Below, piece after piece: positions 19,552-29,657 of a stretch of 64,000 nucleotides of DNA. The notes below the pieces were generated by a model. That model saw only the letters and a program-made list of their open reading frames with translations, did no database searches and was not told the DNA's origin. The stretch covers positions 32,689 to 96,688 of the forward strand of contig CAYUQD010000002.1 in assembly GCA_964446965.1 (NCBI GenBank). Direction: 5' to 3'. Numbering within the stretch: position 1 is the stretch's first letter; every line of letters starts with the position of its first letter. The position numbers and the translations under genes were made by a program. The stretch is from an uncultured Candidatus Saccharibacteria bacterium (GTDB taxonomy: Bacteria > Patescibacteriota > Minisyncoccia > Phycocordibacterales > UBA9973).

Positions 19552-20336
19552 TATGCACCTACAGTATACATCACAAACTTTTCTACTGTCGCGCCGTTGT
19601 CCTTTGCAAATTGTGCAATAGTCTTTTCGGGGATCTTGAAGAACGATTGTTCGTCGAGTGTCTGCTCTTTGAAGTATGCTGCGATCTTGCCTTCCATGAT
19701 CTTTTCTTTCATTTCAGCAGGCTTGTCGATCGCATCCATCTCAGCCTTGAGGACTTCCATGACTTGCGCGCGGTCTGTGTCATTGATCTCGCTTGTGTGG
19801 ACGTAGCGGGGTTTCATCGCAGCGGTGTGCATTGCGATATCCTTTGCTACCTCTGGAGTACCACCGGTGAGGACGACGATCGTTGCAGTCTTGCCAGTGT
19901 GGTGTGTGTATGCGCCCACAACGTCACCTGATACTTCGTTCACTGAACCGAGCTTGATGTTCTCTCCGATTTTGAGCACGACGTCATTGATGAGGGCAGG
20001 AGCTTGTTCGCGTGCAGCTGCTTCGCCACTCTCAAATGCAATGTCGGCGAGTTTGTTGGCGAGTGCGACGAAGTCATCGTTCTTTGCGACGAAGTCAGTC
20101 TCGCAGTTCATGATGATAGTAACTGCGCGCTTGCCGTCAGTGCGCACGATGACGAGTCCGTCAGATGCGTCACGGTCAGCTTTCTTTTCGGCGATCTCAG
20201 AACCTTTCTTTTGCAAGATGATGATGGCCTTTTCCATATCGCCATCAGCTTCTTCGAGTGCCTTGCGGCATTGCATGACTGATACTGACGTCTTGTCGCG
20301 AAGTTCCTTTACCTGTTCAGTGGTGATTGTAGACAT
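19551..20336 (-). CDS. tsf: Elongation factor Ts
   Basis: VKELRDKT..MQCRKAL, NCETDFVAKN. Confidence 0.98.
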   Translation of the reverse strand: MSTITTEQVKELRDKTSVSVMQCRKALEEADGDMEKAIIILQKKGSEIAEKKADRDASDGLVIVRTDGKRAVTIIMNCETDFVAKNDDFVALANKLADIAFESGEAAAREQAPALINDVVLKIGENIKLGSVNEVSGDVVGAYTHHTGKTATIVVLTGGTPEVAKDIAMHTAAMKPRYVHTSEINDTDRAQVMEVLKAEMDAIDKPAEMKEKIMEGKIAAYFKEQTLDEQSFFKIPEKTIAQFAKDNGATVEKFVMYTVGA

Positions 20337-20369
20337 TGGTGTATGTAATTTAAGAGCGATTAATTTTTT

Positions 20370-21047
20370 TTATTTATTTCCCTGAAACGCGTCTTTGAGT
20401 ATACCAAGGATTGCGGTAATGCTCGATACTGAACTATCGTTTGCAACGATAGGGTAGTCGATGGCACGGACAGTACAGTCGGTGTTGCCGATTGCGATCA
20501 CGGGAATGTTCATCTTGCGAGCTTCGAGGATTGCGATGTGTTCCTTCTTTGAGTCGACGACTACGACGACGTCAGGCATCTTGGTCACACCGAGGAGACC
20601 AGAGAAGTATTTGTTGAGACGTTCCATCTCACGAGTGAGGAGGAGTTGTTCCTTTTTGGTGTATTTTGCGTATTCACCGGTGACGCGTTCTTCCTTCATC
20701 TTCTCAAGTTTGTCGATACGTTGCTTGATCTGCGGGAAGTTGGTGAGGATACCTCCGATCCATCGTTCAGTCACGTATGGCTGACGAAGCGCGGAAGAAA
20801 TATCCATCACTGCGGCCCGTGCTTCTGGCTTCACACCGACAAAGAGCGCAGTCTTGCCAGCGGCACCAAGCTCTGCGAGGAAGCTTGCCGCTTTCTCAAG
20901 CTGGGGCAACACTTTGTCGATATCAATAATGTCTGTGCCGTTCTTATTTCCGTAGAGAAATGGAGTAACGGTTGGGTGACGACGGGTACGTGAGTAGCCG
21001 TAGTGCACACCTGCCTCCATGAGGCCTTCTGAGGTAATGTGTTTCAT
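20370..21047 (-). CDS. rpsB: 30S ribosomal protein S2
   Basis: LMEAGVHYG, RWIGGILTNF, EARKMNIPVIAI. Confidence 0.97.
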   Translation of the reverse strand: MKHITSEGLMEAGVHYGYSRTRRHPTVTPFLYGNKNGTDIIDIDKVLPQLEKAASFLAELGAAGKTALFVGVKPEARAAVMDISSALRQPYVTERWIGGILTNFPQIKQRIDKLEKMKEERVTGEYAKYTKKEQLLLTREMERLNKYFSGLLGVTKMPDVVVVVDSKKEHIAILEARKMNIPVIAIGNTDCTVRAIDYPIVANDSSVSSITAILGILKDAFQGNK

Positions 21048-21269
21048 ACGATCTGTAGCAGATTTGCTTATCGGTATCATTCGACTGACCCTGCCATCGG
21101 CCCCGTAGGGGATGGAGCAAACCTTAATTTACTGAATAATTTCATCCAAAGATGAGCTCCAACAATAGCATTTGAGAGGGGGTTTGGCAAGATAATAGTA
21201 TTGACATTATAATATAATTATGCTATAATCTATTTGATTAAATCACTGTACAAACCTTAAAAAATTAAT

Positions 21270-21476
21270 ATGAAAAAGTATCAATTTATATCAGTAATGG
21301 TTTTCGTAATTGCAATAAGTTTCTTTCTTATCGGTATTTCACTCATACTCAGCAAGCAAAATATGGATAAAAATGAAACAGATATCATAGCTAATCTTTT
21401 AGCTGCAGGAACATCTTTTCTGGTTTTAGGATTGTTTATTGGAATTATAGGGCTATTTTATGATACAAATTCGTAA
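21270..21476 (+). CDS. Small two-TM hypothetical protein (islet)
   Basis: Consensus TTGACA-N17-TATAAT (21201-21229); perfect 30-bp palindrome 21493-21522 downstream. Confidence 0.7.
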   Translation: MKKYQFISVMVFVIAISFFLIGISLILSKQNMDKNETDIIANLLAAGTSFLVLGLFIGIIGLFYDTNS

Positions 21477-21552
21477 TCCTAAAATAATGAATAAAAGTAT
21501 AGATTTTAAAATCTATACTTTTTTTATTGCCCAAAATGTGGCATTATAGGGC

Positions 21553-22806
21553 ATGCGACAGAGCCAACTGTTTACGAAAACGCGCAAGGAAGCCCCAGCG
21601 GATGAGGTGGCAAAAAACGCGCAGTTGCTCATACGAGGAGGATATATCTATAAAGTGATGGCTGGTGTGTATGTCTATACACCACTGGGTCTCCGAGTAC
21701 TCGAGAATATCAAGCGAATCGTCCGCGAAGAAATGGATGCTATAGGTGGTCAGGAGCTCATCATGTCTTCTTTGCAAAAGAAAAGCACATGGGAAGAAAC
21801 GGGTAGATGGGACGACAATGTTGTTGATATTTGGTTCAAGTCGAAACTCAAGGATGATACCGAAGTAGGATTTGGGTGGTCACACGAAGAGGCGATCATC
21901 GAAATGGTGAAGCAGTATCTCACGAGCTACAAAGATCTCCCGATCAACGTCTATCAATTCCAAACAAAGATGCGCAATGAACTCCGTGCAAAGAGCGGTA
22001 TCATGCGTGGGCGAGAATTCGTCATGAAGGATATGTACTCTTGTAGTGTCGATGCTGTACGACACGAGGAATTTTACCAAGCAACGATCAAGGCCTATGA
22101 GCGTATCTATGACCGTATTGGTATTGGAGCAGATACCTATGTGACATTTGCTTCGGGTGGGGCATTCACCAAGTTCAGTCATGAATTTCAGACAGTCTGT
22201 GATGCAGGAGAAGACATTATCTATCTCAACCGTGCAAAAAATATTGCTATTAACGAAGAAGTCCTCAATGATGAGACACTCAAGGATCTCGGCATCACCC
22301 GTGACGAACTAGAAAAAGTAAACACTGCAGAAGTTGGTAATATTTTCAACTTTGGTACCCAAAAGAGTGAAGACACGAACTTCACATTCACCGATGAAAA
22401 CGGTGAAAAGCGACACGTACATCTCGGTTCGTATGGTATTGGGATCACACGTGTCATGGGTGTTGTCGTAGAGAAATTTGCTGATGAAAAAGGCATCGTG
22501 TGGCCAGAAAGTATCGCACCGTTTCGTATACATCTCCTCGTGCTCGGTACTGATACCGCAACACATATCGCTGCCGAAGAGTTGTATCAGCAGTTCAAGG
22601 AGAAGAATATTGAGGTCCTCTTTGATGATCGTGCAGATGTTGCTCCGGGAGAGAAGTTCGCTGACGCAGATCTGCTCGGTATGCCGCTACGTGTCGTCGT
22701 CTCTGACCGCAGTCTCCAGAATGGTGGTGTAGAGATCAAGGAACGCACCAGCAAGGATGGTCGAGTCGTGTCGACGAACGATCTCTTTGATCTCCTAAGC
22801 GCATAG
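21553..22806 (+). CDS. proS: Prolyl-tRNA synthetase, short form without INS editing domain
   Basis: RGREFVMKDMYS, EVGNIFNFG, GSYGIGITR, GEKFADADLLG. Confidence 0.93.
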   Translation: MRQSQLFTKTRKEAPADEVAKNAQLLIRGGYIYKVMAGVYVYTPLGLRVLENIKRIVREEMDAIGGQELIMSSLQKKSTWEETGRWDDNVVDIWFKSKLKDDTEVGFGWSHEEAIIEMVKQYLTSYKDLPINVYQFQTKMRNELRAKSGIMRGREFVMKDMYSCSVDAVRHEEFYQATIKAYERIYDRIGIGADTYVTFASGGAFTKFSHEFQTVCDAGEDIIYLNRAKNIAINEEVLNDETLKDLGITRDELEKVNTAEVGNIFNFGTQKSEDTNFTFTDENGEKRHVHLGSYGIGITRVMGVVVEKFADEKGIVWPESIAPFRIHLLVLGTDTATHIAAEELYQQFKEKNIEVLFDDRADVAPGEKFADADLLGMPLRVVVSDRSLQNGGVEIKERTSKDGRVVSTNDLFDLLSA

Positions 22807-22809
22807 TCA

Positions 22810-23853
22810 ATGTTCAAATCGTTCTACCAAAGATTCTCAAATGACATCGGTATCGACCTCGGTACTGCCAATACACTCGTGTACCTCAAGGGTCATGGCA
22901 TCATCATCAATGAACCATCGATCGTTGCGGTGAACCAAAAGACGGGGCAGATCGTCGCGATCGGTCACGAAGCAAAAAAGATGTGGGGCAAAACTCCTGC
23001 GCACATATCTATTGTGCGACCACTCATTGAGGGAGTCGTATCGGACTTTGATATGACTGAGGAGATGCTCGGGTACTTCATTCGCAAAGCAGAAAAAATT
23101 AGCAAAAAGTTCTTTCGTCCTCGGGTGGTCATCGGCGTACCGTCTGGTGTCACCAACGTCGAGATGCGTGCCGTATATGATGCAGCGATCGATGCGGGAG
23201 CGCGCGAAGTGTACCTCGTCGAGGAAGCAATGGCGGCGGCGATCGGAGTGCGTATGCCTATCCTTGATCCCAAGGCAACGTTCATTGTCGATATTGGAGG
23301 AGGCACAACTGATATCGCTCTCATTGCGCTCGGCGGAGTCGTGCGTTCACTCAACTTGCGCATCGCGGGAGATCATTTCAACGAGCGCATCATTGAGTAT
23401 ATGCGCGATGAATTCAAACTGCTCGTCGGCGAACCTACTGCCGAGAGTGTAAAGCTCGCACTTGGCTCGGCGATCGAGACTGAGTATCAGGAGATAGAGG
23501 TCCGCGGTCGCGATCTCGTGTCGGGACTTCCGCGTGCGCTCATGGTCACCGATGGAGACATTCGTGAGGCACTCACTCGTCCAGTCGGATTTTTGCTTGC
23601 GGGTATTCGCGAAGTGCTCGAGACTGCGCCACCCGAGATGATGAGTGATGTATTGCAGACAGGTATCGTGCTCGCCGGAGGAGGTGCATTGCTCCCCGGC
23701 ATCTGTAACCTCCTCGAGGACGAGCTATCACTTCCCGTACATATCGCACAGGACCCACTCTCGGCAGTTGCTCGAGGGACTGGTATCATTTTAGAAAATT
23801 TTGAAAAATACGAGAGCGTTATCCTTCCTCTAGACGAACATGTCATCATTTAA
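22810..23853 (+). CDS. mreB: Rod-shape protein MreB
   Basis: IGIDLGTANTLV, VDIGGGTT, GGGALL. Confidence 0.97.
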   Translation: MFKSFYQRFSNDIGIDLGTANTLVYLKGHGIIINEPSIVAVNQKTGQIVAIGHEAKKMWGKTPAHISIVRPLIEGVVSDFDMTEEMLGYFIRKAEKISKKFFRPRVVIGVPSGVTNVEMRAVYDAAIDAGAREVYLVEEAMAAAIGVRMPILDPKATFIVDIGGGTTDIALIALGGVVRSLNLRIAGDHFNERIIEYMRDEFKLLVGEPTAESVKLALGSAIETEYQEIEVRGRDLVSGLPRALMVTDGDIREALTRPVGFLLAGIREVLETAPPEMMSDVLQTGIVLAGGGALLPGICNLLEDELSLPVHIAQDPLSAVARGTGIILENFEKYESVILPLDEHVII

Positions 23854-24595
23854 ACCGTACAAACGTCGCAAGTCTATACTTCCACTCATCTGGTGGGCGC
23901 TTGGTACTATTGTTGGGATTTGTGTCGTATGGTTCATCGTGCGAGTCATTGTGGACGCAAGTATCGACCACAAACCGCTCGCATCAGCAACGACGATATA
24001 CAACACAGCCCTCCCAAAGGGTATGTTGGTCACAAAGATCAACGAACTCCAGACGACACTCGAGAGTTACGATGCTCAGTTGACGAGTGCAAAGCTTTTG
24101 GCTCTAGAGAACGACCAACTCAAAAGTGAGCTCGGTCGCACACCACGCCCTTCTGGTGTGATCGCGCATGCGGTGACTCTGCCCAACAGAAGTTTCTACG
24201 ATACATTCGTCATCGATGCAGGTGTTGATGAGGGGATCGTAGAAGGACAGTCAGTGTATGCATTTGATACTATCGCACTCGGTACTATTAGTGATGTTGC
24301 AGACGATCATGCGACAGTCCTGCTCTACAGTGCATCTGGCCGCACGACATCGGGCAATGCGGGAGGCAGCAACGTCGCCGTCACACTCATTGGTCGCGGC
24401 GGGGGAGAATACGAGGTCCGTATGCCGCGTGATGTGCCATTCGAAGTTGGAGGCCTCATTGCCGAACAGTCTATCCACACCGCAGTCCTCGCCGAGATCG
24501 AACGCATTGCGACAGATCCAAGAGATCCGTTCCAGAAACTCTACGCCAAGGCGCCGATCAATCTGCAGGCATTGAAGTGGGTGATCGTGAGGTAA
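23840..24595 (+). CDS. mreC: Rod-shape protein MreC
   Basis: TM, coiled coil ENDQLKSELG, beta domain IDAGVDEGI; follows mreB. Confidence 0.85.
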   Translation: MSSFKPYKRRKSILPLIWWALGTIVGICVVWFIVRVIVDASIDHKPLASATTIYNTALPKGMLVTKINELQTTLESYDAQLTSAKLLALENDQLKSELGRTPRPSGVIAHAVTLPNRSFYDTFVIDAGVDEGIVEGQSVYAFDTIALGTISDVADDHATVLLYSASGRTTSGNAGGSNVAVTLIGRGGGEYEVRMPRDVPFEVGGLIAEQSIHTAVLAEIERIATDPRDPFQKLYAKAPINLQALKWVIVR

Positions 24596-24600
24596 ATAAA

Positions 24601-24629
24601 AAATTCCTGAGCGGATTGCTCAGGAATTT
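24601..24629. terminator. Bidirectional terminator
   Basis: AAATTCCTGAGC-GGATT-GCTCAGGAATTT. Confidence 0.85.
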
Positions 24630-24645
24630 AAATGTAGCGTCTAAT

Positions 24646-24909
24646 TTAAGTGTATAGAGTGTAACAGAAAAAATCTTCATTCTTATGCTCATCTACAAGA
24701 TGAAAATCAATTTCAAATACAGTGCCTCTAAACCTGATATGGGTTCCAAAATTCTTAAGCTCTTTAACCTCAAGAACAGTATCTCCTTTACTCATTGGTA
24801 GGCCAATAAATCCAACCATATTTTTAGCAGTTAACTCTGATACGTCGTTTAGTTTCAGTAAAGATAGTAGATCTTGAACAGTCCTTACTTGTTTCTTTGA
24901 TTTTATCAT
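24646..24909 (-). CDS. Hypothetical protein (AT-rich islet), start MIKSKKQ
   Basis: Minus-strand TTGACA at 24951-24946. Confidence 0.6.
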   Translation of the reverse strand: MIKSKKQVRTVQDLLSLLKLNDVSELTAKNMVGFIGLPMSKGDTVLEVKELKNFGTHIRFRGTVFEIDFHLVDEHKNEDFFCYTLYT

Positions 24910-24970
24910 AATCTTTTTTGCATACTCTATACAATTCAGTATTTTTGTCAAATTATGATAGAGTGTTGCC

Positions 24971-26158
24971 ATGCAATTCTCTATTGAGAAAAAACTAGAC
25001 GGCACGCTCGCTCGTGCCGGAGAAATAGTGACACCAAACGGGTCTATCAAGACTCCGGCTTTTGTCGTGGTGGGGACCAAGGCAACAGTGAAGTCGCTGA
25101 CCAGTGAACAGATACGATCTCTTAATGCGCAGGTTGTATTGGCAAATACCTACCATCTGTATCTGCAACCAGGTACAGATATTGTTGAGAAAGCAGGAGG
25201 GTTTGGGAAGTTCATGGACTGGCACGGACCGACAATGACTGACTCGGGAGGATTCCAAGCATTCTCGCTCGGCGCGGCATTTGGCAACAATGTATCCAAG
25301 GTCGCGACAGGGGTAGAGGTCTCCGATATTTCTGCAACCAAAGGACAGCTCGCCACTGTCACTGACGAAGGAGTTACGTTCAAAAGTCATCTCAATGGTG
25401 ACAAACATCTCTTCACACCAGAGAGCTCGATGCTCGCACAATGGAAGCTCGGTGCAGATATGATATTTGCATTCGATGAATGCACAAGTCCGAGCGCTCC
25501 GTACGAATACCAAGAGAAATCACTCGCACGTACATACGCATGGGCAAAACGGTGCATCGATGCACACGAGGCGCTTGATATAGAAAAGAAACAAGCGCTC
25601 TTTGGTGTGGTCCAAGGTGGACGGTTCCAAGACTTGCGAGAGAAGGCAGCGCGCGATCTCGGCGCATTGCCATTCGACGGTTATGGTATTGGCGGATCAT
25701 TTACCAAAGAAGACATTGGTACGGCAGTCGGATGGGTGAATGCGATCCTGCCCGAAGACAAGCCACGGCATCTACTCGGCATTGGAGAACCGATTGATCT
25801 ATTCGAAGGGGTACAGGCAGGATGTGACCTCTTTGATTGTGTGCTCCCGACACGCATCGGGCGACACGGCACACTCTTCACCCACGATGGCAAGATGCAT
25901 ATCAAGAACGCACAGTACATCAATGACTTCGGCCCATTAGAAGAGGGTTGTACATGTTATACGTGTACGCATCATACGCGCGCGTATATTGCCCACCTTT
26001 TCCGCGCGGATGAAATGACTGCGGGCACGCTTGCGAGTATTCACAACATTCACTTTCTCTTGCGGTTGGTAGAAAAGATCCGAGCAAGTATTTTGGACGA
26101 TACATTTTTTGAATTTAAAAAAGAGTTTGTGGAGCGGTACTACAAGAAACAACTTTAG
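24971..26158 (+). CDS. tgt: tRNA-guanine transglycosylase
   Basis: NTYHL, TDSGGFQ, FDCVLPTR, CTCYTC. Confidence 0.97.
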   Translation: MQFSIEKKLDGTLARAGEIVTPNGSIKTPAFVVVGTKATVKSLTSEQIRSLNAQVVLANTYHLYLQPGTDIVEKAGGFGKFMDWHGPTMTDSGGFQAFSLGAAFGNNVSKVATGVEVSDISATKGQLATVTDEGVTFKSHLNGDKHLFTPESSMLAQWKLGADMIFAFDECTSPSAPYEYQEKSLARTYAWAKRCIDAHEALDIEKKQALFGVVQGGRFQDLREKAARDLGALPFDGYGIGGSFTKEDIGTAVGWVNAILPEDKPRHLLGIGEPIDLFEGVQAGCDLFDCVLPTRIGRHGTLFTHDGKMHIKNAQYINDFGPLEEGCTCYTCTHHTRAYIAHLFRADEMTAGTLASIHNIHFLLRLVEKIRASILDDTFFEFKKEFVERYYKKQL

Positions 26159-26191
26159 ATTTTCTTTATCTCGATTCGATATAGTATAGAA

Positions 26192-26716
26192 ATGAAGTTA
26201 AATATCTATATTGATAGTAATAATTTGTATCGAGCCGCAAAGGAACTTGGATTTCATATTGATTATAAAAAATTTCGAGGATGGCTTCGCCAAAAATATA
26301 ATCCTAAAAACGTATTTCTATTCATAGGATTTATTCCTGACAGAAGAGGTTTTTATCAACATCTACAAGAAAGTGGATTTATTCTCATTTTCAAACAAAC
26401 GATTTCTGTAGAAGGTATCGTCAAGGGAAACTGTGATGCTGAATTAGTTTTGAAGGCAGTTTCAGATTTTTATACTAAAAACACGGATTCTTTCATTCTT
26501 GTTACAGGAGATGGAGATTTTGGATGTCTTGTTGCGTTTTTGCAAGAAAATAATGTTTTTAACAGAATATTGGGACCAAATAAAGAAAAGTTATCGTTTC
26601 TGCTCCGTAATAAAACAAAAGACATTACTTTTCTGACTGATCATTATCATAAGTTTTCTATTCAAAAAGAAAAAGCCCCCGGTGCAGACGTATCTACACA
26701 AGGTTCTTTTTCATAG
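26192..26716 (+). CDS. NYN (LabA/DUF88, PIN-fold) domain protein
   Basis: YIDSNNL, KGNCDAELV, LVTGDGDF. Confidence 0.92.
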   Translation: MKLNIYIDSNNLYRAAKELGFHIDYKKFRGWLRQKYNPKNVFLFIGFIPDRRGFYQHLQESGFILIFKQTISVEGIVKGNCDAELVLKAVSDFYTKNTDSFILVTGDGDFGCLVAFLQENNVFNRILGPNKEKLSFLLRNKTKDITFLTDHYHKFSIQKEKAPGADVSTQGSFS

Positions 26717-26756
26717 TGACCATCATATAGTAGCACTGATATCACGCTTATGTCAA
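26663..26756 (-). ncRNA. Candidate antisense sRNA with promoter, overlapping the NYN 3' end
   Basis: Minus TTGACA-N18-TACTAT with extended TG (26756-26727), then hairpin 26669-26712 and a U-rich tail. Confidence 0.5.
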
Positions 26757-26811
26757 CGACACATTTTTTGAATTTAAAAAGGGGTTTGTTGAGAGGTATT
26801 ATAAGAAATAA
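26756..26811 (+). pseudogene. Diverged duplicate of the tgt 3' end
   Basis: 46/53 nt identical to 26097-26149; DTFFEFKKGFVERYYKK* versus DTFFEFKKEFVERYYKKQL*. Confidence 0.9.
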
Positions 26812-26812
26812 A

Positions 26813-26837
26813 AAATCTCCTGAATATCAGGAGATTT
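26813..26837. terminator. Bidirectional terminator
   Basis: AAATCTCCTGA-ATA-TCAGGAGATTT. Confidence 0.85.
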
Positions 26838-26853
26838 AATTGGTAATCAATTA

Positions 26854-27495
26854 CTAGTTTCGTTCCGGATCTAAGTCGGGAAAAAAGTCTATTTTTAAGG
26901 AAGACTCCCCAATCTTTTTAATTGCTAACTGTTTTTCTGTAGTTGTTACGTCTGGAATATCAGCATCTATCAAATCGCCCGAGAACTCAAGTATCCAAAA
27001 TAAGTGATTTACGCTGTACTCATTTAGTTTCTTTCTGAAATGTAGTACGCCATTTATTCTTCCTTCTTTTGTATTGTGGATGGCAGATAGTGACGGGATA
27101 TTCTTATTGAAAAAAATAATCGCGTCTTTGTAATATCTATGTCCAAACAGTTTTGACTCATACGCTGCTAGTTTTGCAACTACATTGATATTTAATTGAA
27201 TGATTTCTGGAGGAAAGAAATGTTCATTCTCTTTCTCAATAGGGGGCATATATGCCATATGCTTTTCAGTGTATAACTGAATGTATTGCTCCTCAGTTTT
27301 TACAAGATCCAAGCATTTTGTCATTTCTTCGATGCGTGTAGCTGTCGAAGACATGTACTTTTCACTATATGTTTCTACTCCTGAAAATTCAGCCTTACGT
27401 ATCTCGTACATTTTGAATTGCTCATCGAATGTTTTCTGAGCATTTGATGGCAGGAAATACATAATTGCAAACGCAAAAAGGATTACTTTTTTCAT
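26854..27495 (-). CDS. Secreted hypothetical protein (islet)
   Basis: Signal peptide MKKVILFAFAIMYFLPSNA|Q; minus TTGACA at 27548. Confidence 0.75.
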   Translation of the reverse strand: MKKVILFAFAIMYFLPSNAQKTFDEQFKMYEIRKAEFSGVETYSEKYMSSTATRIEEMTKCLDLVKTEEQYIQLYTEKHMAYMPPIEKENEHFFPPEIIQLNINVVAKLAAYESKLFGHRYYKDAIIFFNKNIPSLSAIHNTKEGRINGVLHFRKKLNEYSVNHLFWILEFSGDLIDADIPDVTTTEKQLAIKKIGESSLKIDFFPDLDPERN

Positions 27496-27576
27496 AATAT
27501 GATGTTTTAAAGTTTTTATGAATATACATGAAATATAATATTTGTCAATAATTGACCACTTCTATATACTGTAAGG

Positions 27577-29643
27577 ATGAAATTCAAACTCTCCGGAGAA
27601 TATCAGCCCGCAGGGGACCAGCCAAAGGCAATCAAGAGCCTGATCAAGGGTCTCAAGGATGGTTTGCAGATGCAAACACTTCTCGGTGCGACGGCGACCG
27701 GCAAGACATTCACCATGGCCAACATCATAGAGAGCGTCCAGAAACCGACACTTGTGATTGCGCACAACAAAACCCTCGCAGCGCAGCTCGCGCAGGAGTT
27801 CAAGAGTTATTTCCCCGACAACGTCGTGCATTACTTCGTTTCGTACTACGACTACTACCAGCCTGAGGCGTACATGCCGATCACGGATACATTCATCGAG
27901 AAGGATGCACAGATCAACAAAGAGATCGATCGACTTCGCCATGCGACAACGCAAGCCTTGCTCACACGCAAGGACGTCATCATCGTTGCATCGGTATCCT
28001 GCATCTACGGTCTCGGAAGTCCCGTGGAATATGAAAAAACTAATTTCAAAATAGAAAAGGGGATGAAGCTCTCGCGCACGCAAGCAATGGAGCGACTGAT
28101 TTCTATTCACTTCACCCGTACGACTGCAGACCTCACGAGTGGTTCATTTCGTGCACTCGGCAACAAAGTCGACGTCATGCCAGTGTCTGATACGATCATG
28201 TATCAGATCGACTTCACCGGCAACATCGTGCAGAGCATTACAAAGATAGACCCAGTATCGTCACGCATCATTGCTGACGAAGACTTTGTCTATATCTTCC
28301 CGGCAAAACACTTCATCACCAATGGCGAAGAAAAGGATCGCGCAGTCCGCGACATCCAGCATGAGCTCGATCAACAACTCAAGCACTTCGAGATAGAAGG
28401 CAAACTCCTCGAAGCAGAACGCATCAAGCGTCGTACTGCGTATGATCTCGCCATGATCAAAGAGCTCGGGTATTGTTCGGGTATCGAGAACTACTCTCGT
28501 CACATGTCGGGCAAGGCTGTCGGCGAACCGCCAGAGACATTACTCTCATACTTCCCGCACAAAGCGGACGGTAGTCCAGACTTTATGTTATTCATTGACG
28601 AGAGTCATGTGACGATCCCGCAACTCGGTGGTATGTACGCAGGGGATGCCGCGCGCAAGACAACGCTTGTTGACTTCGGATTTCGTCTGCCAAGTGCCAA
28701 GGATAACCGCCCGCTCAAATTTGAGGAATTCAAAGAGCGTATTGGGCAGACGATATTTGTCTCAGCGACTCCAGGCAAATACGAGCACGAACATTCACAG
28801 CAGGTAGTGGAGCAAATCATTCGTCCCACCGGGCTCGTGGACCCACTTGTAGAGGTGCGTCCAATCCTTGAGAATCGTGACACTGAGTACAAGGGTCAAG
28901 TATATGACTTCATTATCGAAGCAGAAAAAGAGATCGCGACTGGCGGACGCGTGCTCGCCACAACACTCACCAAACGTATGGCCGAAGATCTCTCTGCATA
29001 TCTCAAAGAAAAGAAAATCAAAGCCGAATACCTGCACTCCGATATCAAGACGATCGAACGTATCCAAATCATTACCAAATTTCGCAAAGGTGAGTTCGAC
29101 ATCCTCGTCGGGGTCAACTTGCTCCGAGAAGGACTTGATATGCCCGAAGTCTCGCTCATCGGGATCCTCGATGCGGACAAAGAGGGCTTTTTGCGAAGTG
29201 AGGTCTCGCTCATCCAGACGATTGGTCGTGCTGCCCGCAATGCCAATGGTCGCGTCATTCTCTATGCTGACAACATGACAGGTTCGATGGAGCGCGCTAT
29301 CGGCGAGACCACTCGTCGCCGAGAGAAACAGCTCGCATACAACAAAGAGCATGGCATCACCCCAAAGACTATTTCTAAGATCATTCGTGATATCACCGAA
29401 GGTATGGAGACTGACCACAGCAAGGCCGTCAATGCAGAGCTCGCGCTCGACCTCGCACTCTTTGCTCAGATCGAGAAGGATCAAAAGGGGAGAAAGACCA
29501 AAGGGCAAAATCCTATTGAAAAGTTGATCAAGATAAAGGAAGCCGAAATGAAAGAAGCAGTGAAACTCCTCGACTTTGAGACTGCCGCAATACTACGTGA
29601 TGAGATCGGGGTGTTGAGAGAGAAGACGTATATCAATCCATAG
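27577..29643 (+). CDS. uvrB: Excinuclease ABC subunit B
   Basis: GATATGKT, FVSYYDYYQPEAY, DESH, QTIGRAAR. Confidence 0.98.
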   Translation: MKFKLSGEYQPAGDQPKAIKSLIKGLKDGLQMQTLLGATATGKTFTMANIIESVQKPTLVIAHNKTLAAQLAQEFKSYFPDNVVHYFVSYYDYYQPEAYMPITDTFIEKDAQINKEIDRLRHATTQALLTRKDVIIVASVSCIYGLGSPVEYEKTNFKIEKGMKLSRTQAMERLISIHFTRTTADLTSGSFRALGNKVDVMPVSDTIMYQIDFTGNIVQSITKIDPVSSRIIADEDFVYIFPAKHFITNGEEKDRAVRDIQHELDQQLKHFEIEGKLLEAERIKRRTAYDLAMIKELGYCSGIENYSRHMSGKAVGEPPETLLSYFPHKADGSPDFMLFIDESHVTIPQLGGMYAGDAARKTTLVDFGFRLPSAKDNRPLKFEEFKERIGQTIFVSATPGKYEHEHSQQVVEQIIRPTGLVDPLVEVRPILENRDTEYKGQVYDFIIEAEKEIATGGRVLATTLTKRMAEDLSAYLKEKKIKAEYLHSDIKTIERIQIITKFRKGEFDILVGVNLLREGLDMPEVSLIGILDADKEGFLRSEVSLIQTIGRAARNANGRVILYADNMTGSMERAIGETTRRREKQLAYNKEHGITPKTISKIIRDITEGMETDHSKAVNAELALDLALFAQIEKDQKGRKTKGQNPIEKLIKIKEAEMKEAVKLLDFETAAILRDEIGVLREKTYINP

Positions 29644-29657
29644 GGTACACTATCTCC

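Noticed and set aside
24910-25080. N-terminal extension of the 24646 ORF shown in the track
   Set aside because: It overlaps tgt antisense and lies upstream of the ORF's own promoter.
27552-27557. TTGACC as the uvrB -35 box
   Set aside because: Spacing to TATACT is far too short; TTGTCA at 27542 gives 17 nt.
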